A DNA stretch of 64,000 bases, taken from assembly GCA_036867785.1 (NCBI GenBank), contig CP145411.1, forward strand, positions 620,001 to 684,000, given 5' to 3'. Shown in pieces: positions 40,143 through 51,900 of the stretch (the stretch's first letter is position 1; every line of letters begins with the position of its first letter). The notes below the pieces were generated by a model. That model searched no databases. It was given only the letters and a program-made list of their open reading frames with translations, and was not told the DNA's origin. The position numbers and the translations under genes are program-made. The DNA comes from Plasmodiophora brassicae (Eukaryota).

Positions 40143-40753
40143 TCATTGTGATTTCCGAATCGTGACCGTTATTGTGAACCAGGTTTCGGCGTTTAGAAAT
40201 ATTACAACCGTGCACAGAAACGGTCCAGCGTCGTCAGCAGAACAATTCTTGATCTGGGTCTCGTGGCGAACCCAAGAAGGACTCGATGGGAGGCAGGGCT
40301 CTGCGCTTCTGGAATGTATATTCCGCATCTCCTGTAGGTACAACGGCAAGTCAGCATCAGCAGCGAGCATCCACGAAGGAACTGTGCCACCGTTCATCAA
40401 ATACACTAGTTCATCAAGCTTCTTCTCAATGGCCGCCACCCGCTGGGCCATGTGCAGAAGCTTCGCACTGACATCTTTGATCAAATCGAGAATCCTGACA
40501 TCGCCAACCCATAAGATCGCCGATATCCGGCTATCATACACGCCCATACCGTATTCTCAACACATCCCGCACGCGCTGCTCGTCGGGCGACGCCGACGAT
40601 CCCGATGCAACGGCGCCGGCAATCGCATCTGTCATCTCGCACGCAGAGCGCAACATTCCGGAAGTGGGCAAGTAGCGTCCAGCAGCCATCGACGTCGGGA
40701 ATCGGGACCGGCCTCATGCCCCCAGAGACCACGGACAGATCACAATGGTGCAT
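40143..40753 (-). CDS. Hypothetical protein
   Basis: Two adjacent minus ORFs with a short coiled coil (QRVAAIEKKLDELV); no family recognised. Confidence 0.35.
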
Positions 40754-41025
40754 GGTGTGTGTGCGTGTAAAGTTTGGTTGTACAGTGCTGGACCGGGCGC
40801 ATTCCCGCTCCCTTGCGTATCCAGTCCGTTCATGAGAACGAATGCGCACAGCAGTACTCGCGAACGTGACGACAGTGGTACAGATCGGTAACGGCTGCTG
40901 AAAACGAACAGCAGCGCGACCAGCAGTGCCGTCTGGCGGTGGTGTACCGGCAGTCGCACGTCGATTTGCCGCGACGCAATCCGTTCGTCGACGCCCGGGG
41001 GCTGCATTGGGCTATACGATCCGCC

Positions 41026-41887
41026 ATGGTATCGGTTCAACGGGCGCTTGTTGTAGGATATGGGTGCCGGCCTGGTTGCATGGGCGCTGGCTGACTGGGT
41101 GCAGGTCGGAGGTGCCGGGTCGTTAGGCGGGGCGGTCATCAGGACGTTCCAGAAGGTCGGGTGGCACGTCACCTCGGCCGACGTGCGAGCCGGCAGCGGG
41201 GCCGATGTCGATATCGTGCTGAGCAAGTGCCACACGCCAGCGCTGCACGCTGAACAGATACTTGACGGTCTGCCTGGCGTGAATGCGGTGGTACATGTGG
41301 CCGGCGCCTGGGTCGGCGGCGCGATCCACAAGAAGGACGTCCTGAAGAACGCCATCGCCATGTTCAACATCAACACGGCGAGCGCGCTGGTCGCTGCGCA
41401 CGTGGCGAGCCACTCGCTACTGCCGGGCAACCTGCTTATGCTGACGGGTGCTCTGCCCTGCCTGTACCCGACGCCTGCCATGCTCGCGTGCGTATCCGCA
41501 ATGCTTCCGCGTATTCGTCGTTTCTCATCATCGTTCCAGATACGGTATGTCCAAGAATTCCATTCACTACCTGGTACAGTGTGTGCGATGCTGGATGGTA
41601 CTCCCGTTTGCGCTGACAACAAGTTCCGACAGGTTAGGTGCCTGGTCGAGTCGGAACTGGGCGTGAAGGTCGCCTGCATTCTCCCCCAAACGCTGGATAC
41701 GCCCAGCAACCGAGAAGCCATGCCGAAAGCGGACACGACGACGTGGACGCCCGTGTATCACGTTGCCGAACGGATCGTCGACTGGGCCGAGGACCCGCGC
41801 ACCGTCACCCAGGGCGCCTTCTATGCCGTCGTGACAGAGAAGAACAGGACCATATTCAACACTGTCGACCCGAAGGAACATTTCTAG
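41026..41887 (+). CDS. QDPR: Dihydropteridine reductase-like SDR (spliced)
   Basis: GGAGSLG, VAGAWVGG, LTGA..PTPAML.YGMSK, ILPQTLDTPSNREAMPKADTTTWTP. Confidence 0.88.
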
Positions 41888-41962
41888 CCGTTGCATACAC
41901 AACCATCGCGAAAGCACGGTCTGTACCAACTGCGCGAAGCGCGCGCGGTACAGGTCCCCGTC

Positions 41963-42974
41963 ATGAGGGGTGACTACGCGTCCGCGCTGACGCTGTACCA
42001 TGCGGCGCGTAAGGAAGCGTTCCTGATGGGTTTCGGGTGCAAGCCGGTCGATGATCTGTTGCCGCATGGAGGGCTGCTGGCGGGGACCGTCGTGATGGTG
42101 TCGGGCGAGACCGCCTCAGGCAAGACGCGCCTGCTACTGGCGTCGGCGCTGCACACTGTCCGATCAACACCGTGCACGGTGGCCTACCTGCACACCCAGC
42201 CTCGAAACGCTGTCGCTGGCATGCTAGCGAGTATCGACGCACCGGCGTCGCAGATGGCGCGAATTCGATGCTATCAATGCCAGTCGGTACTGAATTTGAT
42301 CGACATGCTGACGACCATCAACAGCGCTGTTCGTGACCGGGTACTCAGCATTGCAATGCTGATTGGGGTGTGCCCCCTCATCGGATGCATCTGATCAGGC
42401 GTCGACGTATGCGTCAGGACTCCGACTCGTGCTTATCGATGACCCCGGCTTCCTGTTATCATCACTCGATGGCGACACGTCGGCGAACATCAAAGCGGTT
42501 GTTATCCAGGTTGGGCACTGGCCGAACCGTACTGCAACTGCACCTGACCACATGGCTCAGCTGATCAGGGAACTAGCACGTGAGCATCGCATTTGCGTTG
42601 TCCTGACGAACCGACTGGTGAAGGGCAGGATAACCAGCGCAGGTCTCCAACCTGCGCTTGGGAAGGCAAGTCCTGTACTTTCTGTATCATTGGCACCTTG
42701 TGCCGCCATCTAAAGCATGCTCAGATCTGGACGCATGTCGCTGATGCCGAGTTGCGACTTCGTCGGGATTCGACAGTCCCGGACGTCTTCTCTGCATCGA
42801 TTCCTGCGCCGCGAAACGTGCGATAATACGCCTGATCATGGGTTCGTCATTCTGACAGGTGTCCGACAGATCGCGCCCGCCGAGAAGGTCGCGTCATTCG
42901 TCATTGGACGCAATGGGGCTATAGTTGAGGCGTCTCCCGACGGGCAGAGCATTGAAGACAATCGACGTATATAA
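41963..42974 (+). CDS. RAD51 paralogue (RAD51D-like), spliced
   Basis: GCKPVDDLLPHGGL, Walker A SGETASGKT, Walker B LVLIDD, LAREHRICVVLTN, PALGK/IWTH. Confidence 0.8.
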
Positions 42975-42989
42975 ATTAGACGAGCATAG

Positions 42990-43385
42990 TCAGATGCGGA
43001 ACGTCTCCCGTCTCGTGCTATACCCAAGCGCGTCGTCGTACGTGTCGGGCGCGTCGTCGAACTGGCCGGCGCCTTTCGGCGGCGTCTCCATTATGATCGG
43101 CAACGCGCGACTGGGCCCTGAATCTCGAATGAACTCGTCCATCTTGCGCTCTCGTGACGCCTTCATCTTTCGGCGGACCATAACGAACAGCATGGCAGCG
43201 GCCATCGCCAGAATGAAGCCGGCGCACACAAGCACGATCCAGAACATGGCCCTTGTCGAGACGCCCTTATCCCCAGCGTCGTATTCTGCATCGTCATCGT
43301 CGGTCTCCGGGGTGGCCCGGCAGATGACCAGTGCCAGGGCGCAACATAGTACGCCGATCGAGCGCGACGCTCCTGCCGCTCGCAT
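42990..43385 (-). CDS. Small type I membrane protein
   Basis: Signal-like N-terminus and TM (MFWIVLVCAGFILAMAAAMLFVMV) followed by RRKMK. Confidence 0.6.
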   Translation of the reverse strand: MRAAGASRSIGVLCCALALVICRATPETDDDDAEYDAGDKGVSTRAMFWIVLVCAGFILAMAAAMLFVMVRRKMKASRERKMDEFIRDSGPSRALPIIMETPPKGAGQFDDAPDTYDDALGYSTRRETFRI

Positions 43386-43592
43386 GCAGACGGCAATGGG
43401 CAGCGCTGTGCCCGGCCGCACCACTCACCAACACTGCCGATTTAGCGCGGGCCCGTGGCGAACGACGTGCTCAAAATAGAAACTCAGCATCGCCCCTGCC
43501 CTGATGACTGATCCCTCCCTGTCCTGTACCGTCCATCACCTCGTGGCGATTCTGGTCGACGTCGCCGCGCCACGTCCAATGGTTTACTGTCG

Positions 43593-44504
43593 TTATCCGC
43601 GCTGTAGGCGTTCCTTGAGATGGCGCAGATCGGCGATGGCGCTGGGCGGCGTGCCATCGTCGGTGTTGTTGCACATGACGAAGACGCGTTTGCCTTCGTC
43701 ACGCCAGTCGCGAACCTTGTCGGATAGCTGCCGCATGGATTCCTCACTGTACGACCCGACGTACTGGCCGGTCGTGCCATGCAGGCGGACGTAAGCGCCC
43801 CAATCGCAGCAGCTGTCGTATTCGTCCAGGGGCGGGTTCCAACCGGTGCGAAGGTCGCCAGCCCATTTGCGACGGTTGTTGACGTGCAGCAGTGCCAAGC
43901 ACCACTGGTTCTCACGCAGGATGTCGTAGACGTCGTTACAGAGCCAGGACGCATGGCGGAATTCGAATACGAAATGGCCGCCCCGAGGAAGAACACCGGC
44001 CAGCGACTTGAGCTTCGACAGGGAGCATTTCGAACGCGGCGCTAACTGGAACAGGACCGGCCCCAGGTGCGGCCCAAGAAGCTTGCATCCTTCGTCGTAG
44101 AACCCGGTCCAGCGCTCCCGGAACACATTGTCCACGTTGAGCTGTTTCATGTGCGTAAAGAACCGGTTAGCCTTGACAGCGTAGACGAAGGACGGGCGAG
44201 GCGCCTGCGTCGCCCACTTCTCCCATGTCGTTCGGGCTGGCACACGATAGAACGGCGCGTTCAGTTCCACCGCGTCGAACTCGTTCGCGTAGAACGTGAA
44301 CATGTCGGCGCCCGGCGGGTAGTACTTTCCGCGCCAGTGGCCGTAACTGTACCCGCTGGTCCCCAGGACCACATCGGTTATCTTGCTGATGGTCGCCTTG
44401 CGCTTCAGCGCGGGCTCGTCGGCGCCCTGCCCGCCCGACCGAGCACGCACCTTCCCACGCGCCATTGCCAGCAGCGGTCCTATTCGGGGCGTCAATCGGT
44501 CCAT
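43593..44504 (-). CDS. DUF72 family protein (intronless)
   Basis: GTSGYSYGHWRGKYYP, FDAVELNAPFYRVP, YAVKA..FTH, LGPVLFQL, FEFRHASW, YVRLHG, VFVMCNN. Confidence 0.92.
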   Translation of the reverse strand: MDRLTPRIGPLLAMARGKVRARSGGQGADEPALKRKATISKITDVVLGTSGYSYGHWRGKYYPPGADMFTFYANEFDAVELNAPFYRVPARTTWEKWATQAPRPSFVYAVKANRFFTHMKQLNVDNVFRERWTGFYDEGCKLLGPHLGPVLFQLAPRSKCSLSKLKSLAGVLPRGGHFVFEFRHASWLCNDVYDILRENQWCLALLHVNNRRKWAGDLRTGWNPPLDEYDSCCDWGAYVRLHGTTGQYVGSYSEESMRQLSDKVRDWRDEGKRVFVMCNNTDDGTPPSAIADLRHLKERLQRG

Positions 44505-44746
44505 CTGTTCCGCCGAAGGTACCTATGCAGGCACGCAAGTGGAAAGTGGCACTGCCAGAATCCAGTACTGCATTAGGGGGTCGCTTGTTGGCGCGTGCGC
44601 CTGTTCTGCCAGCAGCGTGAAATCAGGATAGGACAGGCCAGATGGAGCAGGACGCCAATGGACAAGACGATCAGGTAGATAGCTTCCGCGGCCAGCTGCC
44701 GGCACAGTCAGTTGCCGTCCAACGTTCGCAGTGGCAATCCATTTCG

Positions 44747-45194
44747 CTAGGCAACCTGTTTCTGGGCAAGTCGAATCACGGCGGGTGCGGCGCCGACTTC
44801 CATGCTCTGACCGACGTCGCTGGCGAGGGACCTCTGAGTGTCGGCTGATAAACCATTCCACTGCGCCTGTAGATCAGTAGTGCTCTTGGATTCCTGCAGA
44901 AGAACCAGGGCCAAGCCCAACATGGACGAACCGAACGTAAACCTGACGAATCGCGTTTAGATGCGAATTGCCGAGGTTCCGCTGTTTGTGTCCATCGTAC
45001 GGGTTGACAATGACGCCAACAGGAGCGCATTGCTGGATGCGGGCGGCAATGACTCGAATGAACATATACAGCGGAACGATTAATATCAAGTATGCAATGG
45101 GTGTCAGAGCTGTCGCGACGCGCAGAGCAGTGAACTGGACGATCAATGTTCCGGCAAGGACCTGCATCAGAAGGCGCTTAGCCAGTCTCGACAT
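44747..45194 (-). CDS. Small hypothetical membrane protein (one intron)
   Basis: MSRLAKRLLMQVLAGTLIV...VNP/FTFGSSMLGLALVLL...QVA* through an in-phase gtacga...tcag intron. Confidence 0.45.
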
Positions 45195-45524
45195 GCGCCG
45201 CACCGGCCACAACGCAAACCGCTCCGGCACACAGCGGGGCTGCCCAGCGATGCCTGCTGAGATCAGCGAGGGATGACATCGACGTCGGCATCGACGAGAT
45301 ATTTGCCAGATATCGCCGGCCTCGGTGATGCCGGATTGGGCGAGGCTGCGCTGGCAACCATCCCTGAATGCCTTCGCAGAGTGTGGGCGTTGACCAATCA
45401 AATCGCCGCGGCTCTCACGTTGTATTGCTGAACGTCATGCCCACTGGCGAGGGGGCGTGCTGGTGCTCCCCCTGCGACTGGACAATCAATTGTGCGCGAG
45501 CGCGATGCAGCTCGTCCGTGGCGC

Positions 45525-46541
45525 ATGAAACGGGGAAGGGCGCTGCCATCAGCGTCGTCGCTCTTGTCAGAGGCATCGCGCGCGAAACGACCGACCTGGA
45601 CGCTGCTGAAAGCTAAGAACAAGCAACTACGCGGCGGCTTTGCTGACAAGGCGTTGCTGGCTCGTTTGTGGCGTGAGTATCGCGCTGGCTGTCAGGAAGT
45701 CGACAGATGTCGGCAGCAGGTTGTCGATGGCGTCGTTGCAGCACTGTCCGAAGACGGCGCCCTTCATGTTGAATTGTTTGGTTCGAACGCGCAAGGCTTG
45801 GCGATTGCGTCGTCTGACGTCGACCTAAACTGCGCCCTGGACGATTGCGAGACGGTCCGCCAACGCATACTGGACCAATGCCCAGCTGCCAGGGACATGC
45901 AAGTCATTTCGAATGCTCGGATCCCCATTGTGAAGTTTGTCGTGAACGATATCTCGTTCGACGTCGTTTGCGGCAACCGCGACGAGCTCGAACACGGTCG
46001 CGCGATTACGAAGTGGATCCGATCAGCGATGGAGAGGACGGCAGGCCTAGCCGATGCTATCCGGTTTATGAAACGCTGGGCTCGATGTCGAGGCTTGCTG
46101 GAACCCAGACGGGGAACGCTTCCGTCACTCGCCATTCTGGTCTTGGCAGCCCGCCAGAAATGCAAAGCCGGCACTAGTTCCGATGAGCAAAGCGTGGAGA
46201 TCATTGCCGGGGCATTTGCCACCATTGCTGAAGGCAACCTCCTGACCAATCTGCTGTACGACCGCGATGCGCCGAGCGCAACGCTGGTCGCTGGCGCTGA
46301 ATCGGAACGAATCGAACGTCTGCAAACGGAGCACGACGATTTCGCTGGTACCGGCTTCGGCACACGCATGTTTATTCTGGATCCGATCATCGGCACCATC
46401 AACCTCGCCCGGTTCGTTGACGACCGAACTATCACGCGTATCCGCGATGCATTTCGAGAGGCGCACGACCATCTCCTGCAAGCGACCGCCGATGACAACG
46501 TTTTCGAGAGGCTTGCCCGGTCGCCTTCAGGAATCGAGTAA
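45525..46541 (+). CDS. Non-canonical poly(A)/poly(U) polymerase (Cid1/TUTase/Trf4-like)
   Basis: LFGSNAQGLAIASSDVDL, ARIPIVKF..FDV, MKRWARCRGL, ILDP..NLAR. Confidence 0.88.
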   Translation: MKRGRALPSASSLLSEASRAKRPTWTLLKAKNKQLRGGFADKALLARLWREYRAGCQEVDRCRQQVVDGVVAALSEDGALHVELFGSNAQGLAIASSDVDLNCALDDCETVRQRILDQCPAARDMQVISNARIPIVKFVVNDISFDVVCGNRDELEHGRAITKWIRSAMERTAGLADAIRFMKRWARCRGLLEPRRGTLPSLAILVLAARQKCKAGTSSDEQSVEIIAGAFATIAEGNLLTNLLYDRDAPSATLVAGAESERIERLQTEHDDFAGTGFGTRMFILDPIIGTINLARFVDDRTITRIRDAFREAHDHLLQATADDNVFERLARSPSGIE

Positions 46542-46743
46542 ACAACGTACGTACCTGCTTCTGTGAGTCCAGATCTGGCCGTGCTTTTGTAGAAGCGTAC
46601 CCTACCGGTGCCGCTGGAAGCTGCTTCTCCCGGATTAGCGAAGGCTGATTTTGGCGACCCGCCGTAGAACGTCGCGCGTCGGATCATTCCACGAGGCAGT
46701 TCGGAGTGCGTGGCGTGTGCCAGAATCGTCGTGCGGCTCGCCA

Positions 46744-48053
46744 ATGTCAACTGCAGGGAGCGGCGATGAGAAGCCGGCAGCGGCGCCGACCGTCATCGAC
46801 GAATGGTTCTACATGGGGGTAGACGAGCAGGGCGCCCAGGTACAGATCGGGCCGATGCCGTGGGCGCGGGTCAGTACGCTGGCGGACGAGACTGTCGTCT
46901 GGCGGAAGCCGATGGCCCAGTGGGAACCGCTGTCCGAAGTCAAGGCTCGGAAGGCTGCAAAGGTATGCGGGGTCGGTTCGGGGGGCGATCATCCGCCGTG
47001 CTCATGACGACCATGGCAGGCGGAGAAACGCAAACGCGCAAAGAAGAAAATCCCGAATTCGTCCGTCTATATAACGTGGAAGCCGGATGCGTCTGGGAAG
47101 TTCCCGCAAATATCAAAGGAGGAGATTGTCGATCATTTCAAGCACTACGGTATCATCAAAACGCATCCGGAGACCGACGAGCCGATGGTTAAAGTCTACA
47201 CTGACGAGAGCGGCGCTTGCAAGGGGGATGCCATCGTCCATTTCCTGCAGGTCTGTCCGCGTCGTTCTCGCGGCACTTTGAGCGAGGGGCTGACGTCTGT
47301 GTAGCCATTGTCAGCAGAGACGGCCATCGAGAATCTGAATGAGTCCATGATCCGTCCGGGCCTCTGTATCAACGTTGAGAAGGTGCTCGGTGTTTACAGA
47401 AGCGCCCATTTGGGGCTGTGAAAAATCAGTGGGAACCCTGAGACTGTGCCAGGCCACCTTCACGAATCATCCCGACATCAAGAAACCGAAACTGCTTCCG
47501 GCGCAGGCCGCTGTGCAACGGCGCTTGCGCCAGGCGAAGCTTCAGAAGCTGACTGGATGGGATGATGATCCGAATCAGTCCGCTGGCCTCCGTATCGTCA
47601 TTCTTAAGCGAATGTTTCATCGGGACGAATCCAAAGGTGACCCGAACTTCTACGAGGACCTCGAACGTGACATCGGACTTGAATGCCAACGCGTGGGCGG
47701 GCCGATTGAAAAGCTGACAGTTTTCAAAGTTGGTGACTGGCGTTGAACTGTACGCGTGTGACCTCCTCACAATGCATGTCAGGGAAGCCCGGTCGGTGCA
47801 GTATGCGTCAAGTACAAGGAGGCTGCAGGCGCCGAGAAATGCATCGAGGTCATGAATGGGCGTTGGTTCGCCGGTCGGCAAATTGAATGCGAATGGTAAG
47901 CGTCATGGATGTTGCCTGCGTCAAGCTTGGTGAACCCGGTCGTGCCCGCATAGGTTCGATGGCGTGACGAACTACAAGGTCCAGGAGACCGAGGAAGACG
48001 AGCAGAAACGGATCGATCAGTTCGGTGACTGGCTGGAGTCGACCGAAAGCTAG
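46744..48053 (+). CDS. HTATSF1: Splicing factor HTATSF1/Cus2-like (GYF_2 + RRM + UHM), spliced
   Basis: WFY..QIGP..VWRKPMAQWEPL, KVYTDESGACKGDA, KLTGWDDD..IVILKRMF, CIEVMNGRWFAGRQI. Confidence 0.88.
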
Positions 48054-48107
48054 GCTTAGGGTCGACATGTCGACCCTCGATATCATTTTCATTGCATAAA
48101 TATATCA

Positions 48108-51022
48108 TCACTGGACGGTCGCGAGCCATGATCGTGCGTCGCTGACGACCTTGAGCACCGATTCGGGAACGAACTTTCCTGTGTCAACGTCTGACAGTCG
48201 CTCGTCCGACAGCGCATCGCGAACCGTGTCCGCGCTTCGAGGGTCCTCAGCCAGGGCGTCAACCAGAGCCTTGGCGGCGTCTTCCCACACCCCTTTCATG
48301 GCCTGGGCCTGGATGGCAACAACTTCATCGCAAATGCCGCCCTCCAAACGGGGAACCTTCGACAGCAGATTGCACGACGTCGTCACGGCTTGCTTCATCT
48401 CGTCGAAGTCGCCGCTGTCGATCGCCGCCTGGATTGCCATCTTCTGCAGACCGTAACAGGTCTCGTATGCATGGTAGACGTCCACGCCGAGCTTCCAGGA
48501 TGGAACGCCCGACAGCGTTGCTGCGATGGCCGCCAGGACAGCGTCTGTGTCGCCTTCTTCCAGCGATGTCCTCAACGCGTCCAGCAGGTTCTCGTATCCG
48601 ACGATGGTGTTCCGGTACGTGTCTCGTTTGGCTGCCACTTCTCCGTTGAATGCCTATTCGCCGATGAACATCAACGACAAGTCTGGGTTGCTGATTAGCG
48701 CGATCATCATCACCTTCCAATGCTGGAAGATCTCCTCAGAATTACGCTTGGCCGCTGCACTCAGCGTTTCTAAATCCTTGGAGTACTGGACGTCCACAGG
48801 GTCGAGGACGTGATCAGCGGGAGGGATGGCGGTCCCGTCCTTCATGGGGGGCGGGTCCACAGATGGGTCGCGGTTCACGAATGTGGACCGCGTTGCAATG
48901 GCGCGATCGGGTCGCCCGGGGTCGTTCTGCTGCCATTGCTGTTTCAGTGCGTCGAGCTTGTCCTTCCATTCGGTGTTGGGCGATAGCTGAATGGTGTCGG
49001 CGGGCTGGACGCGGATTTGCCAACGGGACCAGGTCACGTCGAGGTCGGTTCGGCACGCAACGACAACCTGTACGGGCGCGCTGAGCTTACATGACGATTG
49101 CACAGCATGGGCCACGACACCTTCTGGCCAGGCGTGATGGTTACTGCGGGGAAGACGACGCGGCCGATGCCAAGACGAGATAGCTTATCGTCAACGCTGA
49201 CGGCGATGGCGGTGTCGGGAGGCGTAACAAGGACGTCAACGGATCTGGACGACGTGGTTCAGTTCGATGACAGCATTCGCTCAGGAGCGCGATAACGTAC
49301 ACCGAGACAGGCTCTTTCGACGTCGTGCTGATGTTCTCGCGGAACACGCGACGATCCAGGTACGCACGCTGGAAGGTGTCAGCAAACGTCTTCGTCACCG
49401 AGGAGGCTTTCGCCGAAACAGCCAGCTTGATGCCTGCTTCGCTGATGACGCGAACAGAGAACGCTCCAGGTGCAACGCCTCCTGCATCGTCAGCACACGG
49501 CGGGGGACGGGATCTGCACAACGAACCTTCGCTATCGCCCGCTCTTCCACCAGCTTGCAAGCGGTATGTGCCCGGCGGGATCTGCACAGCCGGTGACAGG
49601 ACGACGTTGATCGGCGAAGCGAGAGCGGCGCTAAGAAGCTCGGCCGTGAACGGGACCCGTCTGTCATCGAACGCGATCTGGAACAGGGCCCGCGTGGCAG
49701 TGTCGACGACGAGGTCGCAGTTGAAGTACGTGGCAAACATGCCCGGCGCGTCAGACCCATTGTGCTTGCCAGACGCGTTGGCCACCTGCAATCGGAACGG
49801 TTCGCTCTGCCAGGCGCGTCCTGCATATCGCTCGTTGGTCACGTCGGCCGGATACAACAGAAAATGATCGACTACCGACCTTGAGCGTCATCCAGAATCA
49901 GACTGTCGGTTTCTGAACGCGCCTGGATTTTGAACCCGCACTCGGTGGCGACCTTGATCGAGTACAGGCCCGGTGCCAACGTCAGCAGCTGATGGTGCAA
50001 CCCGTCGGTTCCTATCGGTGCGTATCGGTACGCTGAAACGTATCGTCAACGACGATGACGATACTGGTGGCAGACCTTCGAACTGGGCGACGGTCGACCG
50101 GACGATCGGGGACCACGACTGCACGTGCCGAACCGAGCACCGGAACCATGGGCGCCCTGCCGCGTTCCGTTTCGGATCGATCGACAGCAGGACGACGTTC
50201 TGCTGCGATGCAGGCTTGACAGCCAGCATGATTTCCGCGTCCTGGCTAAACTGTTTCGTGGTATCCGCCCAGGCCACTGAGTGGGTCGCCGCAGGCACGG
50301 GGAACTTGCTCAGGTCGAACACGCGACGACCGTTCGGCAACTCATGGAGGGCCTCGGCGAAGAACCCCGAGGGTGGCGCCTCGCCTCGCACAACGGCCAA
50401 CCCGGCCAAGTACTGCAACGGCTCCGCTTCGAGCATGGCCACGACTTTCGACAGAATTCCCGGCCACAACTCGTCGGCGTTGGAGGTCGCCGGGAAGATG
50501 CTCGCCCCGGTCGCGTCGAATGGCAGCGCCCCCGTCACCGACAGCCGCCGCCAGTCGTCCTCGAGGAACACCCGAACACTGTACGGCCTGTTCGGCTCTG
50601 CACGAATCAGCTCCTGCCCGGTTGCGGTCGTCAGCGGGCCACGCCTGTCCCAAGGACGCCATACGTACCCAGAGGTAGGTGCCGGGCGCGATCCGATCAG
50701 GATGGGCCATGACGACAGCGACCATCTCGCCGAACCTCCCTGGGATTGCCGCCGGCAACGTCGTCGTCATCTGGCGCGGGTCGGCAGGGTTCTTCCCCGG
50801 CGGCGCGACACGAACCAACGCGGCATCGGAAGGCGCCCTCCATTCCACAGCGCCTTCGACATGCGGGTCCGGCGCCGGCGCGACACTGCTGTCGACCTTC
50901 GACGTCCACAGTGGCAACGACGGGGTAGGCGCCTGGCCTGGGCCGGGAACGAACGCCCGTCCCGGCACCGGCGTCACCTCGATCGCCGCCCGAAACGCGT
51001 CTTTCGCGGCCGCCTTCGACAT
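48108..51022 (-). CDS. Calpain-like (androglobin-type) domain protein, multi-exon
   Basis: YLW/ELIR..YSVRVFLEDDWRRLSVTGALPFDATG..IFPATSNADELWPGILSK resembles the calpain catalytic domain; downstream ORFs joinable by introns (e.g. QHWK/AFNGEVAAK). Confidence 0.55.
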
Positions 51023-51036
51023 GGCGCGCGCCGATG

Positions 51037-51068
51037 CACACACACACACACACACACACAGACACACA
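51037..51068. repeat. (CA)n microsatellite
   Basis: cacacaca... immediately upstream of the calpain-like start codon. Confidence 0.9.
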
Positions 51069-51125
51069 ATGCAGTCACAGAATCGGGAGCTGGTCGTGTA
51101 GGTCTAAACAATCGAGGTGCGCGGG

Positions 51126-51720
51126 TCAGCTGGGTGCCAGGCGCACCAGACCCGGCAGGAACCACATGGCGATCAGGCCAACAAGGACGATGAACTGGCC
51201 GGCGACGACCATGGCCGTTCGGGATCGAGACGCGGCCGCCGACCGGTGCGCGTCGTGGAGCCGGGCGTTCAGCTGGGCGACGGCTGCCCGACTCTCCTCA
51301 GCGCAACGCCGAAGGACGTCCGAGTACGTTCGCTCAGCGTCGGCCAGTTCTTGTCGAAGCTGTTGGAGCTGCTGTTCCATGTGGGCGAATTTCTCCTGTT
51401 CGTCGTTCAACTTCTGTTCCGCATCGACAGCCCTTTGTTTCCAATGCGACGTGATGTCGCCATCAGCCACTGGAGTATCGGGTTTGGCGCAGGCGGCGGC
51501 CCCGGGATCCCGCCCTTCGTCGGCATCGGGGTCGGCGTGCACGGCAGCGACGACAATCCTGCTCGACTTTGCGCTGTGCATGGAGGCGCGCCGCGCGAAC
51601 TCGGCCGAACGCCTAGCGTGCGACGCGGCCGGCCTCGCCCTGACCGCCGCGGTCGACGTCGCCATCGTCCCGGGCCGCGCAATGCGCCCGCCGCGGTCGC
51701 GGTCGCTCCGCGCCCCCATC
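51126..51720 (-). CDS. Coiled-coil tail-anchored membrane protein
   Basis: Heptads (AEQKLNDEQEKFAHMEQQLQQLRQEL) and a C-terminal TM; start uncertain. Confidence 0.5.
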
Positions 51721-51900
51721 CGTGTACGACGTGCGGTGGTCAATCCTGTCACAGCGGCCCCGAGCGCCACGACGACGCGCCCATCGACGGCCACCAACCA
51801 ACGCCGAACAAAACGTCAGCTGACGATTGCCACTGGCTTTGAGACACATTTTGGTCGCGAGCCACACTGAGCGGGACGGGTTAGACTGCAGACCTGCTCC

